Source: Camelus ferus (Eukaryota). Taken from it: 64,000 nt of DNA. The position numbers were made by a program, and so were the translations under genes. The DNA lies in assembly GCF_009834535.1 (NCBI RefSeq), contig NC_045697.1, forward strand, positions 96,970,001 through 97,034,000, written 5' to 3'. Shown piece by piece: positions 24,485 through 39,135 of the stretch. The notes below the pieces were generated by a model that worked only from the letters and a program-made list of their open reading frames with translations, ran no database searches and was not told where the DNA came from. Numbering within the stretch: position 1 is the stretch's first letter; the number at the start of each line of letters is the position of its first letter.

Positions 24485-26570
24485 AAAGTTATTTATTAAA
24501 TATCTACTGAATACCTGATATATTGCCATTACTATGTTAGGCACTAGAGAAGCACAGACAAATAGATTTACATTTTTTTTTACTAATTTATTCCTAGTAG
24601 ATGAAGCAGTAAAAAAGAAAAATAAATTAAATATATTTCAAAAATAAATCAAAAAATCTTAATAAACAAGCAAACAATGCTCTGAGAGAAATATAGACGG
24701 TAAGACACCCGATTTAAACATAATGATTAGGGAAGGTTTAGGAGGAGGTAACATTTAATTTAAATATAAAGCATGACATGACAGTAATTGACCTTTGAGG
24801 TTGTGGCAGAATAAAAATATCCACAAATTCATTGCTAATCTTTATATCAAGAAGTGGAGTTTATGTTTCCTTGTCTTAAATTTTGGGGATTCAGACTGCC
24901 TTGAAAAATAAAATATGCTGGAAATGAACTTGCCAGTTTCCACACTTCAGGTTTAAAAGGTTACCTTCTACTTCTGATCTTTGAATACTCTTAGAGCCCT
25001 GCGTAGCCATGGCCAAACAGCTTGCTAGTGGAGAAGCCCTGAGGTTACATGAAGAGGAAGAATGGGCCATCTAAGGCCAGCCTCTTCCCCACTAAGGCAT
25101 GAGGTTTGTGAATGAAGCCACCTTGAGGCTTCTAGACTGTATCAGCCACTAACTGTATGTCATTTAGCAACCCCATTCCATTCAAAGTGGAACAGAAGGA
25201 TTGGTCCAGCTAAGTACTGCCTAAATTTCTGATCCATGCTATTGTAAGATTTAATAAGTGATCACTATTTTAAGCAACTAAATTTTGGGATATTTTGTTA
25301 TGCAGTAAGAGATAGATATTGAATAACAGAGGATGATGATGACAAAGGGAATGAAGGGAAATATACATATTTGAGATATATTTTTGAGATTAATTCAACA
25401 GGACTTAAATTTATACATAGATTGCATGTGGGGGATGGTAGGAAGGAAAAGAATGATTATACTAAATAGTGATGTCATTTATTAAAATTAAGGATAGAAA
25501 AACACATCCCTTAGAAATGGAGGAACTCAAGAGCTCCATTTTAGATTTTACTGTAACTGATGTATTCAAGCAGTCATACATAGAGTTGGATATTAGACAG
25601 TGGTCCTATCTAATGAATGATCTAGGCAAGGAATTTCTGTTAGGAAGTAATCAGCAATTAAATGGAAGATAAATTTCAATGAACCATTGATATGTTCTGG
25701 AGAATGAGTATAAGGAAAGAGAAGAAGAGGGAAAAAAAGCTTTAAGGAATTCCACTATTTCAAACATAGATAGAGGAAGATGATCCAGAAAAGGAAACAA
25801 AGCAAAAATGAAGTGAGAGCAAAACTAAGAGAGTAATAACATAAAAGGCAAGACTTTACTTTGTTTCAGAAAGAATGGTGAAAGTAGGTAAAAGATTTGA
25901 AAAGAAAAGATAGAAAACTGTCTACTGAATTTGTCAACAGTAAAGACAGTAGCCTGATACCAATTAATAAGGTGAACAAGGGGGAGTAAAAGCCAGACAT
26001 TGGTTTGATGAAGATTAAATTGGTGTTGAGTAATAGGAGACGACAAATGTACCAACTCTTTCTTGGCTCTGAAGAGGAAAAGACAAGATGTAGCAGTACC
26101 TATTTATAAGACTGAGGACTTATTTAGGTATTTTTAAATGGGGGTGTCTAGGGTATATTTTCATGCCAGTGGTTATGATATATTTAACTGTAAAGAATAT
26201 TCCAAAGAATAAAAAGCAAGAAGATCATTTGATGTGTTGAAATTCTTGAGATGGTAAAAGAGTGGATTGAATCTATAGCACACCTGAAAGTATTGAATAG
26301 TGATAGGCTGCCTCCATTGTAACAAATTAGGACAAAATAAGTAGATGGGTGTAAGCATAGTAAAATTTATTTATTGATTGACTGATTACAGGTAGGAAGA
26401 AGAGAAATACATTTTTGATAGTTTATATTTTTTCAGATAAAAAAGAGGAAAATCATCTGCCAAGATGGAGGGTAGAGGAAAAACGCAGAAGACTTGTGAT
26501 ATGAAAGAAAGGTATAATAATCATCACTAAGACTAGACTAGAAGAAACTCTAGAGAAACATATTAGGATT
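24485..26570 (-). mobile_element. L2 LINE remnant interrupted by an MLT1 LTR
   Basis: L2 3'-end-like TTTATTAAATATCTACT...TGTTAGGCACTAGAGA; purine-rich L2 body motifs (GAGTTGGATAT, GAGGAAGATGATCCAGAAAAGGAAAC). Confidence 0.65.
24802..25328 (+). mobile_element. Solo MaLR LTR (MLT1, F/G/H-like)
   Basis: Starts TGTGGCAG and ends CA; 5-bp flanks GAGGT/GAGGA (4 of 5 match, TSD); 3' motif TTTTAAGCAACTAAATTTTGGGATATTTTGTTATGCAG. Confidence 0.8.
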
Positions 26571-26599
26571 GAAAATAATCATTTGGTGCCATGTGTTTT

Positions 26600-29160
26600 G
26601 TTTTCAATTATGAAAATTTTGTATGTAAGCTATAAATATATATAATATTTTTACATGATTTGTGTTCCTAAACAATATTGCTGTGTCTTTCTCATGCCAT
26701 TGACAGTCCCTCTCCCACTTCTCATGACAACCATGAGAACAACAAGCACTGGCATACTTTGTGTGTATTTTCTATCTAAAGTTTTGTACAAATGAACCAT
26801 AAAGTGTGTATTCTTTTTTTTTTTCTTTGCCTTATTTCACTCAGCATAATTATTTTGAGATTCATCCATATTGCTATGTGCATCAATAGTTCATTCTTAT
26901 TTTTGTAGAATAGTATTTCATTGTATGGGTATACTTCAATTTGTGAACTCATTCACTTGAAAGCAAGATTCCAGTTGCTCTGAGTTTTTGGTCATAACAA
27001 ATAAAGCTACTGTGATAATTAATGTACAGGTTTTTGTATAAACATAGTTTTCATAGTCTTTATTTATCTAGAATATATTCTCAGGAGTATGACTGCATGG
27101 CCATGGAGAGCGTATTTAATTTAATAATAAACCACCATATCATTTTCCATAGTTACTGCTCCATTTTACATTCTATAACACTATATGAGGGGTAGGTTCT
27201 CCATATTTTTGCCAGCACTTTGCACTGTATTGTGTATGTGTGTTTCTGTATATGTATATATGTAATTCTAGTAGGTGTGTAATAATATCTCAACATGGTC
27301 TTAATTTTCATTTCTCTAAAAGCTAATGAGGTTAAATTTTGTATCATGTGCTTACTTGCCATATGTATATGCTCTCTGAGGTCTGTTCATTGTTCATGTT
27401 TTTGACCATCTTTTATTTGGATGGTTTTTATTTTACTGTTGAGTTTTGAGAGTTCTTTGTATATTCTGGTTACAAGTATTTTGTTGGTTATTTGATTTGC
27501 AAATACTTCCTCTTGCTTTGTAGCTTGTGTTTTCATCCTTTTAAGAAAATACTTCACAGAGCAAAACTTCTTAAATTTTAATTTCTTTTTTGGGGATTTT
27601 TAAACTATAAATATAATTTTATATAACTACAGAATTATTCTTATTATCTAATTCAACTTGCGTATAATTTGATAGTTTGTGGTTTTCATGGAATTGGCCT
27701 ATTTTATCTAAGTTGTCATATTTGCATAGATTTGTTTATATTACTCCCTTATTACCCTTTTGATACCCATAGAATCTGTAGCAATGTCCCCTCTTCCATT
27801 CTTGAATATTGATCATTTTTTCTCTGTCACTTTTGCTAGATTTTTATTAATTTTACTGATGTTTTCAACAAACCATCTTTACTTCATTAAGTTTTGTTTT
27901 TTTTTTTTAATTTTAAAGTCCACTGATCTTTTATCTTTGTTTCTTCTTTCCTTGGTTTGCTTTCATTGTATTTTGCTCTCCTTTTTATGCTTTCTTGAGG
28001 TGGAAGCTTAGATTCTTGACTTCATATTATTTTTAATGTAAATATTGAATGTTAAAATTTTTCCTCTCAGTACTGCTTTAGGTATATCCCACAAATTTTG
28101 ATATGCTAAATTTTCCCTTTCATTTCTTTCAATGTAATTTTTTTACTTGCCTTAAGGCTTCCTCTTTTACCCATGCATCATTTATAAATATGTTATTTCA
28201 TTTCCAAATGTTTGCAATTTTTCTATTATATCTCAACTATTAATTTCTCATTTGTTTCCAATATGGTGAAAAAACATACTCCGTATTTTCAATTCTTTTA
28301 AGTTTGTCAAGGTGTGATTTATGACACATGATATGATCTATCTTGTTGAATAGTTCATGAGCATTTGTAAGGAATGTGTATTTTACTGCTGTTGGGTGGA
28401 ATTATTTATAAATGTCAATTAGATTCTGTTGATTGATGGTGTTGTTCAATTCTTCTGAACCCTTGATCATTTTGTATCTAGTGGTTCTAGTGATTTCTGG
28501 GTGAGGGATTGTTCTTTTACTATAATAGTGGATTTTTAAATTTTTACTATAAATTGATCAGTTCTTGCTTTAAGTATTCTGAAGCTCTGTTGTTGGTACA
28601 TAAATACTTCTGACTACTATGTCTTTTTGGTGGATTGTCTTATTTTTATCTATATTTAATGTCTTTTTCTGTCTCTGATAATTTTTTTGCTTTTAATTCT
28701 ACTTTATCTGTAACTAATATTTTTTTGATTAATGTCTACATGTTACATCATTTTGTATTTCTTTTCTTTCAACTGATCTGTACTGATACACTTTTATATT
28801 TGAAGTGAGATTCTTAGGGACAGCATAGCATTCATTGATAGCTATTTGTGAGTTTTGTATGTTTGCTTAACTTTTGTCCACTCTAGCAATCACTTTCTTT
28901 TAAGTGATGTATATAGATTATTTACATTTAATGTAATTATTTATGTGAGGGCTTAAGTCTGCCATTTTCTTCTTTGTTTTCTGTTTGTTGTGGGTTTTTA
29001 AATTTCATTTTTATTTTCCTTTTCCTGCCTTTCTGTGGGTGACAATACTTTTTAGAATTCCATTTTTATTTATTCGTAGTGTTTTAAGGGCATCTCTTTC
29101 TATAGCTTTTTTAAAGCACTTGCTCTAGGTATTTTATTATATGTAACAACTTATTCAAGT
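26600..29160 (-). mobile_element. Ancient L1 (3' region plus ORF2 pieces)
   Basis: ORF 27153-27362 (FREMKIKTMLRYYYTPTR) is a degenerate L1 ORF2 C-terminus; reverse L1 motifs TTTCACTCAGCATAATTATTTTGAGATTCATCCAT and GAATGTGTATTTTACTGCTGTTGGGTGGA. Confidence 0.85.
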
Positions 29161-29799
29161 ATATCATGTATAATTTTGAAGGAGGGAAGCATTATTTGTA
29201 GTCATAAAAACAAACTTTTAGAAACTGAGTTACTTTCATTTAAATAATCACATTTTTACAAGAAGGAGGAGGAAAGAAAAACTATTGTGCTGAAAATAGT
29301 CATATTACATTGCTTAGGTAACTATGCTCCATATTTGATTAAAATATTCCACAGAGATGTGGCTGGTGAGTGTACTTACTTATATGGTAAATGTCATCAA
29401 TGAGCACACATCTAAGAAAGGAGGATAAAACAATATACAAATGATATATGCCTCTAATTGGATTCTTACAAGATCCATTTAACATAATTTCATTTTTTCT
29501 TTTAAGAATCATTGTTTGAAATTGGTCATGGGAAAAAGAAGTTTTTAAGCACTTAAAATGTTTTATAATATTCAATATCATCAGAAGATAACTAAACAAT
29601 CATGCTTTCCTTATTTTTTCTTCATTTTCCCTTTCACTCTGAATTCACACATAATTATATACATTTATATCACCTTACAAAAATAAGACTATCTCATTTC
29701 TCTCTGATATACCAATACTATAGGTATTACATCATAAATGTGTATAAAACAGTTCTCCATGTAAAAATTTATAAATAATGAAGCAATAATGATAATAAA

Positions 29800-30490
29800 C
29801 CAGAAAAGGAAAACAAATGTCTTTCTTTTGTCCAAGAAAGATAAAGGCCCTACATTTTTTAAACTGTTAGTGAAAAGGTTGTGTAAAGAAACCACTGCCC
29901 AGCAGAACTGGAACCAGAGGACTCGAACAACCAGAATATTGGAGAAGTAGACAACCAGAAAAACTGGGCTAAAGTGGAACAAAAGGGGTGGAACAGAAAA
30001 GCACCTAATGAGCCCAAAAGCACCAAAGAGAGAAATCAACTTTAAACACTGACAGCCCCCCAAAGCAGAAAGCCATCAGCAATTAAGAAAATGCCCTGTC
30101 CCTTCTCTTGCAGTTTCTCCTTCCCCATAAGCTAGCTCCAAAGGCACTGAAGCTTCAGTTAGCAACCCAATGAGTCAGATTTGAGAAAAAAGGGAAAGGC
30201 CCATCACAACTTCTCCCGTCACAGGTTCTCCTCAAACTTTGGCTTTAGTTGCAGATAGGAGAGAAGGACTTAAATTTCAATGAAGGTTGAAGTGTTGCTT
30301 CATATTCTACTGAGGTTTTGATTGAGACTGTGTTTTCATATTTTTTAATGACTTTAAGATTGTGTGTTAAATGAAAGTAAGCAAAATATTACAAACCCTA
30401 GCCAAGTTTTTATTCAGGGTCAGAGAAAGATTACCACAACTAGAATACCTATTAGAAGACAAGAATAAAATATGTATTTATTATGTTCAT
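29800..30490 (+). mobile_element. Possible ancient LTR (Gypsy-like mammalian LTR family)
   Basis: 3' part (GGACTTAAATTT...TTGAAGTG...GAGACTGTGTTT...GTTTTTATTCAGGGTCAGAGAAAGATTA...AATAAAA) resembles remembered MamGypLTR/LTR85-type sequence; termini not defined. Confidence 0.35.
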
Positions 30491-31061
30491 TAATCATGTT
30501 TGTTCAACATACCAATTTTATATATTGAAACTCAAACATGTATGTACAGTTTTACTAATGTGTGTTTTTATTCAATGCCATAATCTTTTTTGCTCAATAA
30601 TATTTCATAGGCATCATCAGTTAACTATAAATATAGAGTTAATAATAATTTTTAATGACTTGCTAGAATTGACAATCTGTTCTTGTTAGTGTGTATTTGT
30701 TTTTAAGCAGTGAATTAGAGAACTACTTTTATCATCTCTAAATGACTACATTACAATACCAAAGGTTTTGATTAATTGATCTGATGTAGAAACCAGAATA
30801 TACCTTTAAAAAATAACCCTGGTAGTCCTGCATATGGTCCTCAACCAACCTGAGGGAAACATTTGGCTACTAATTTTACTAAAGCATTTACGAAATGTTC
30901 AATTTAAAACAACGTTTTTTTTTATTATTATACTTTAAATAGCCACATACACTTAGCACTGTTTCTAACCCTTTGTTTGTTTCCTACTCTAAATCTCTTT
31001 TCCTGGAATCCATGCTATTTTAAATATGAGCTATCAAGAGAAACAAGTAACAACAACAAAA

Positions 31062-31240
31062 ATGGCTCTGAAGTTAAACAGTGTTGGGTCAAATCTTCCT
31101 CTTATTTTGTATGTGATTATGGACAAGATACTTAACTTGTTACCTAAATTTCCTCAATTTTAAACTGGAAAATATAAAATAAATGTTATGAGGATAAAAT
31201 ATTTTCAGGCATTTTAAAGCACATGGTATTCAAAAATATT
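31062..31240 (+). mobile_element. MIR SINE
   Basis: GGCTCTGAAGTTAAACAG...GGGTCAAATC...TGTGATTATGGACAAGATACTTAAC...TTTCCTCA...GTTATGAGGAT. Confidence 0.65.
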
Positions 31241-32949
31241 TATTTCTTCACCCTTTTTGCTGCCCATTACCTTCTTACCCAATAAATAAATCTGCAGTAT
31301 TCTTCTTCCATGAAAAGGCATAACCAAATATCTTTGAATTAAAATCCCAAATCTCTTTACAGTTTAATTATAAGATTCTCTCTTCTAACAATCTCTACAT
31401 GGAAGATGGAAAAATATAATAGTGCTCTACTATTTCATATCCCTGGATTTTATTTTAACATATTTGGTAGTCATGTAGATTAAATCCATAAGAATTATTC
31501 CAACTCTGAAAAATATACCAGTAAAGGAAACACTGATAAGATCAGTGTGACTGTTTCACATTAATCATAGCACAGCATCACAAATGGCTATGATTTTACG
31601 TATTTATTTCCCTAGTAGGGGTACAAAAAAGACATAAGAGCCCTAGGGAAAAAGAAACTCAATATCATTTCACACTCATTAACCATATAATACCAGATGT
31701 TCATTATCAATTCTGTGGAGAAATACCAAAAAACCTGAATAATTGGAAAAACAGAGTGTTTGATTAATGATTTTTTTTAGTTAATTAAAACAGTTTTAAG
31801 TTATTTCACTTCCTATTGCTGAAAATATATGAATACATTGCTCTATCTGAGGAAATATAACATAATAAATATAATTTTTTTCAATTAAATTCTTTTAACA
31901 TAATCATAATTCTGTGAAATTCATATGGGATTATTTATCCCAATTTAATTCATACGAGATTATGGTGACTAGGAAGGAAATTGGGGATGGATATAACCTG
32001 TTTTCTGGAAAACAAACTGAAACTATTTTTCTTTAGGATAATTATTTTATTATCATTTATTTCCATAGAATACAATGCTTAATTTGGGTTCACATTAAAT
32101 CAATTGAATTGTTTTAGCTGAAATTACTTTAAACTTTGCTCTTCTTTTATCTTTTAAATAGCAGTACTTTTGTGTCTTGAGATACTATATCTATCAATAA
32201 GAAAGAAGGAAACAAACAAAAACTAAGTATACCTTTTATTGACTTTTCTTTGGAGGTATAAGTCACATATAGACATATTCACATAAGAAAAATACAGTGC
32301 AACACATGTGGCTATAAATAATAGGCATCTTCTTGAGAGAAATAGTAGCATTAAATTCAGTTTACACAATTTCTATAACACATAGCGCTATCAATTATAG
32401 TTTTACGTATTGAGCAGTAGCACATTTCCAACCTTTACATTGTAAAGACTGAATCTGATTCTATATTTAGATTCACAGCTATCTGTTTTTTTTCACAGAC
32501 ACTTCCACTACTAAGATGAGCTTTTAAGAACAGATACACATGTCAAAATGTTTTTCTTTTATAGAGGAAATAAAAATACTTTATATTTAAAATGATTACT
32601 TGTTCCAGGACAAACATATATTGAGTTCTTTGCACTAGGATTGGACAGTCATAAGAACACAAATCAAGACATTTCAAAGAAGGTCATGTCAGAAATGAGA
32701 GTCTTAGGTTTGAAAGTCATTATCAGTCCTTCCGTATCTCTCTTAAAAGAACTAAATACTCTGATTACAACTACAGACAAAAGAATTACTTAAATTTCCC
32801 CAGAGGTTAATTTATCTCAAATATATACAAAATCATGTGTTCCTTCCATGTATAAATGTAAGGCAAATAAGGTCAAATGAAAATTAGGTCAGAAGCTTTT
32901 CACATGAGCTCTGTTCTTCCACATTAGATATTTTGATTTTGGAAATTAG

Positions 32950-33185
32950 AGTGAAGTATTTAAGAGTACAAACTTGGGGATGATACGTTCCTGGACTTCT
33001 CAACCCAACATTGTATAGCTTCTAGCTATACAAATGGTGGTTATTTGTTCAACGTCTCTTTCCCTCTATTTTATCTCATCTGTACCACTAAGGTAATAAT
33101 GGTACCTTCTACACAGTTGTTTGAGGATTAAATTACATATAAATATAAAGTTTAAGTATGGTATTTAGTGTATAGTAACACTATA
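32950..33185 (+). mobile_element. MIR SINE
   Basis: CTCATCTGTA...TAATAATGGTACCTTCTACACAGTTGTTTGAGGATTAAAT. Confidence 0.65.
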
Positions 33186-33199
33186 ATCATTTTTATAAA

Positions 33200-33740
33200 T
33201 TATTATTTTCTTTTCTATCAAGAAATAACTCTTCCACATATTAAAAACTAAAATTTTAAAAATGTATATAAACAAGTAAGCCATCTTCTCAACCCAGACC
33301 CATAATTCCACTCTCAAAACATAATCACCATCAAAAAGATCATATGTATCAGTACATAACATTTACCTATAATCATACTGTTTCATTTATACAGGATGGA
33401 ATGTACTTTCCATATTTTCAGTTTCCTGTTTAATTTAGTTAGCAATATATCTGAAAGATCTTGTACCTCAATAGTAGAGCACAATCATTTAGAGTACAGA
33501 TTGCCCATTAATAATGTATCCTTCCATTAAAGGATACTTGTGTTATCTACATTTCGTGTGTTATTACAAATAATACTGTAAAGAATTTTAATTAATTAAC
33601 ATCTTTAGATGCAACTGATAGTAAACATGTGAAAAATTGTTGCACGAAAGAATATGTGCATGTTCAATTTTATAAATAATCCTAGATGGCCAACATGGTA
33701 GTGCCTATTTCCTCACATTCAACTATTATCAAATATTTAA
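33200..33740 (-). mobile_element. Highly degenerate L1ME-like 3' fragment
   Basis: TTATTACAAATAATACTGTAAAGAA and GTGCCTATTTCCTCACATTC are typical reverse old-L1 motifs. Confidence 0.45.
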
Positions 33741-33834
33741 TTATGAATGCAGCTTTTTACTAAATTGATTTAAAACTTTACTATAGCTTTAAGTGTATTT
33801 TGCTATTTTAACTTTTATATCAATACAGTAGTAA

Positions 33835-33990
33835 AACGTTGACCTTAGACAAGTAATTTATTTCAGCTGTGTTTCTTTTTCCCTTGGAAAAATGGAGTAA
33901 CAATAACAATGACAATAATGACATAACCCACTGGGATCTTGTACTGTAAACTGTTACAATTACTGCAAAGGGCTAATATATCTTTAATGC
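33835..33990 (+). mobile_element. MIR fragment
   Basis: TGACCTTAGACAAGTAATTTA...AAAATGGAGTAACAATAAC. Confidence 0.5.
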
Positions 33991-36900
33991 TTGTTTAACA
34001 TTAAATTGATATTTATTTTCATTATTGAAGGATACTTATTAAAATTTAGCTTCCTGTAGCAAAATTAAGTAGCATATTTCCTTGGAGTAAAAGAGCCATA
34101 TAATTCATGTTTTAATCATTGTTAGGTTCAGTACCTTAACTGTAAAGGCATTTGTAAACTGCTTGGCCATACTCATTATCTATATACTTGGGACTTTTCC
34201 TATATGCAGTGATGTTAATTGCAAAGGATTATGTTCAATTGAAATTCTAATGAAGATTTCGACCAATCTCCTTTTGTGCTATAGAGTCATGTTTTTATTC
34301 AGAGCAATAAATCTATATTCACCTTACCCTGAATATGTTTATCCTTGAAATTTAAAATAACCACTGACAGGATGTTATAGGTGTATGGTAGATGGAATCA
34401 CTGACCCTAACTTTTTTTCCCCTCTGCTTAGTACTCCATAATGTTTGCCACTGGACTTTGCATCACTTCCTATTTTGTTGACCACACAGTATCTACTTAT
34501 CAATGTCTGTCTATCTAGAGAAGATTCTTAATTTTAAGCAGATTATTGCAATGGTTTTGATACAAATGAAATCAATGATGGTTCTACTAAAAATAAACAG
34601 TAGAAAATATTTTAAAATATCTAGAATTATTAACTCATAAGAAAAATGAATTACTTTTTTCAGAAGTTTCATTTTTCATAATTATATCATCAGTTTCAGT
34701 TCTTCTCATATGTCTTAAATATCCATGCTAAAAAAAAAAAATCAAATCTTAAATAAAGGTAGAGAAAGGTCAAATTAATGCCCCAGATTTTTGACTTCAC
34801 ACCAGCTTGAAAACTTGGATGACATAACTCAGTTCAAATATATATCCCTCAATGGTATTTAATATGGAATTAAGATAAATCATTTTATCTAACTGAAAAA
34901 AAGTTAAAATTATTTCATTGTTTTCCTGGTCTACATGCTAATGATTTTTCTCTTTGACCAAAACTCCAATCACATTTATCTTGTTGTCTAAGATTGATAT
35001 AAACTGGATTATCAAATAATCCAGTGAGTAAATGGTAAGTATACTGAAAAAATGGTAAGTATATACATAAATAAGTTACTAAAATATGCTTTTTAATTAA
35101 TTTAAACATGAATTAATAAATCATAGACTACACATAAATTAATATGAAAATGCCCATAGAAGCACTCAAATATTTTAAAACAACACAACTATTGCTGAGT
35201 ATTACAGTATTTTAGCCACTTCACTATTAAAATGTGTAGCTTAAAATAATTTGTAATACATTTTAAAGAAAAATTGTATTATTTTCATATAAAAATAATG
35301 AGAATGTGTTCATTTGGAGAAAATATTCTTTAACATTCACTGACAGAATAAATTATATCACTATCATTCCAAAATATAACTTTTCTAATGAATTTATTAT
35401 TTTTGCTTCTGTGAAGCATTTTAATTATTGGAGATCACACATTCATTTCTCAGACCGGCTGGCTGCTGAGTCTGATAAAATCTGAAAATTATATACCTTT
35501 CTGGTACCTCAAAATTTATCTTTTTTAACTGTTTTGGTATCTGTACTATCCTTTCTATTAAAAGCTTAAAATTCAAATAAAACACTTTTTAAAAAGTATC
35601 ATTCTGGTAGTGACTAAAAGGAGTGACTGTAATCCCAAACAGTGGATTTTAGTACTTTTATATTCTGGAGGATACCCTGGTCACAAAGACATGTAAAAAT
35701 ATATCATTGGTGAGATCTCCACTTTCTTATCATTTCGTAGAGTATTAATGGACTCTATGTCCATGTCATTGACTCCCTTGATTGCTTGCTTAAGCAACCT
35801 CTTGGAGGTAAATGATCTTGTATCTAGAGTTTCTGTCAAGCCTTAGCTCCAGAAAGAAATGTGTTTATTACTTAAACATAGTGATTTAAATCATATGGAT
35901 TTGATAGCACACTGATTCAGAGAATGCTTGACTATTGTGAGCTGTGCCAACTTAAACAAGATGATTGTCTACACACTGCCATCCTGGAAGAACTAATAGT
36001 TCTTTGGTTTATGGCTTCACAGCATCCCGGGGAGCATGCTAGAAGTCAAGCTCCCTTTTATGAATTTCAGTAAAATATCAAGGAAGTAACACAACAGTAG
36101 CAAAATAATTTTTCTCACTTGGGACTTATTTTACTGCTTCTTAAGACCTATTTTGGTGACTGAATCAAATTTTAAAGATGTTCTTTATTTAAATTGAATA
36201 TTTGAAGCAAAATACAAATTTTTAAGATAACATTTCATTTTTATACAAATAGGATTTTATTCCTTTAAAGTAAGCAAACATCAATGTATTATGAAAAATA
36301 TTAATTTTAAAAATCTACTCCCATTTCAGCCTTAAAATATGTCCAAATAAATTGAGGCACACGTAATAAAATTAACAACCCAGTAATCAACATAAGGGTT
36401 TAGACTTTTCTTTTTATTAGAAAAGCAAATGAGCTTTTTATATCTGTCTATAATCTGTAAAATCAAATTAAATGAATCAACATAATCATACAAATAATTA
36501 AATAATCTAATTTATATGAAGACAACTCTTACAGTCTTAGAGGAAATCTTTGAAATTCTCTAACCATGGATTCAATAAAGTCCCCATACATCCATGCAGA
36601 ATAGATACAGTGACATAGAACCCACTATCCATGTACCCCATTTTTTCTGCAGTACTATATTAAAAAACACTTATCATTTGCTGTATAAAGCTAAAAGCAG
36701 GCCCCTGAAACTTCTACTTGCTAAACATAATTCTAATCTCTTGAAAGAATCAGAGTAAATCTGCTTCAAGTTCAACAATACAGCTCTTCACACTTATGAG
36801 GAAGCTATCATTTATCTTACAAACTACATCTATTTCAAATTAAACATGCCAAGTTCTTAGAATTCATAGGCAATATACCAGCAACAGTAGAATAAATAAA

Positions 36901-38099
36901 CAGCCAAAATAAGTCCTTTATTTATGATAAATTGAAGAGTTTGACAGTCAACCTAACATTAAACATACAGCACTGGGAATAAAGGAAATGAAAACAAATG
37001 TCATAAAGAAACATTAAACAAGATAATATTTTGACATAAATAAGTGAAACTTTCATTTGAAACAGATCTATGTGAAGCTTCTCTTGTAAAATGAAGGGTG
37101 AAGGGCACAAAGGGACACTCACTGAGCTTCTCATTCACTTTACTTCCTGTAAAAACCAAAGTTTATCCAAGGAGATACTTTAGTCTCTAAGAAATAGTTT
37201 GAAATAATTAAACAATATGAAGTTTGATACCAGAACCTTTTTTATGTTGTTTTAATGGATGTAGTGGTCCTCTTCTTAGCAAAAGAAGAACTGTTTTGGA
37301 GGGATGGGTTTGGGTTCTTAAAGGAGAAACTATTGACCTATGTATCTAAATGCTATGTCAGATACCCACACGCCCCATTGCCACAATTCCATAATTATTA
37401 ACAAGAGAAAATAATACAAGTAAAAACTCATCCTAATCCTTTAAGTAAATGTAACCAGTGAAGAGGTGAATCTGGGCACCATTAAGAAAACATTCTTGTT
37501 TGTCTTATGAGTGGTTATCTAGTTCTAGAAGGAAAAGGTCATTTTTCATTATTAATGTAGTAGGACTGATAGCACATGTTAATAGTATAATGATGTTGTC
37601 CAGTGTTAAAATTGAAAATTACTAGGCACCAGTATTATACAAGATTCTGTAGTAGAATCCTTTCAAAAGATTGCATCTTGCCATGCTTACCTTAACTCCA
37701 TTGAGACAAATGCAATTCCATTAAAAACCCAGTAATGCCTAAAGTTGATTTGCCTCAAATAGGTGGTTTCAATTTATGATTTTTGTAGCATAGTTATGAG
37801 AGAAAAACAGATACTTTTACAATTTAAAATTGAATCAATATCATGCCATAAAAGTATTCCATTTTTGAAAATACTTTCATTATTAGGAATTTTAATTAAA
37901 TATATTTATGGCATCACATGGAAATTATACATTCATATATAATGTTTGATCTAATTGATTCATTTATTCAGCAAGTATTCATTAGCACTTATAATATTTG
38001 GTGCCAACGTTGCAACCATGAATATAATACTGTGTTTTTCTTTATTGAATTATAGTAATGAAGACAGATATTGAGTGTATAGTAGTTAAAAAACAAAAA

Positions 38100-39135
38100 C
38101 AAAAATTGACACTCCCAGCTCTTAATTTTACACAATTCACTCTCTGTGCTTGTTGCGATCATCTAATAATCTATGTGATCTCTCACTCTTCCTTTGAAGA
38201 TATTCGCTTTAGACTCAGTCTCTCTCTCCAAGACAACTCTGTCTTCATCATTAATGGGTTTAACTGTGCCTAATCTTTGCAAAGCTGATTATCACTGTCT
38301 CTTTCCTTCTGTCCTCCAATCGTCCAATTCAGACTTCTACTCTAATAATCATGTGCTTCAGACCAATATGTTGGATGAATATACATTAAATATATCCTGT
38401 GCTAAAGTGTAACAGATTTTGTGATAAATAATATGGCCACTCGATCAACAGCAAACTGATTTTTTTCAAACTCTTGATTTCAGCTATTTAACTCTGACTA
38501 ACTGCACCCAATTTCCATCTCATTCCCTAGGATAACTAACTTCAACAAGCTTTGATCATGTTTATTGTAAATTATTGTCCTTTGATCCTCTCTCCTTTAT
38601 CTGTCTTTTACCAAACACGCTGTCTCACTTCATTCTTTAAAAAATTTAAATGTTTAGTTAGTAATTATAACTTCCTTGCCTGCATTGTTTTATTATACTT
38701 GTGAAGGTAAAATAAAACCCTACAACCAGCATTCTACCTATTTCTTGGTAGGTACGTGGCTGAACAAAAACATACTACTGACAAGTCTTATTTTAAATTC
38801 ATAATAATTAATTTAAGGAGATCTTTATTTTTGCCCAGCATTCATAATATTTATAGTCTACTTACTATTGAACTATTCTAGATTAGTAATCCATATTTTC
38901 TTCTCTGTCCTCTACCAGTTCAACCATTTTCACCCTCAGCTGATGATTTTGCTTGCTATTTCCACAAGATTAAGAAGAAATGTTCACAAGCTCTCACCTC
39001 CACATATATCCATCTAACTTGATCTACCCTGTATCTACTTCCTTTTCTCCTAATACTTCCAAACTTTCTTTACACCTACAATATAAATCCCTTCTACTTG
39101 GTCACTAAATTCTATCCCCATTTACCTACTCAAGA
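38100..39135 (+). mobile_element. L2 ORF2-region remnant
   Basis: Pyrimidine-rich; CCCTCAGCTGATGATTTTGCTTGCTATTTC and CCCCATTTACCTACTCAAGAC resemble the L2 body. Confidence 0.55.

Noticed and set aside
29689..30063. 124-aa hydrophobic minus-strand ORF
   Set aside because: It is an F/L/I-rich translation of A-rich, probably LTR-derived DNA, with a non-ATG start and no domain.
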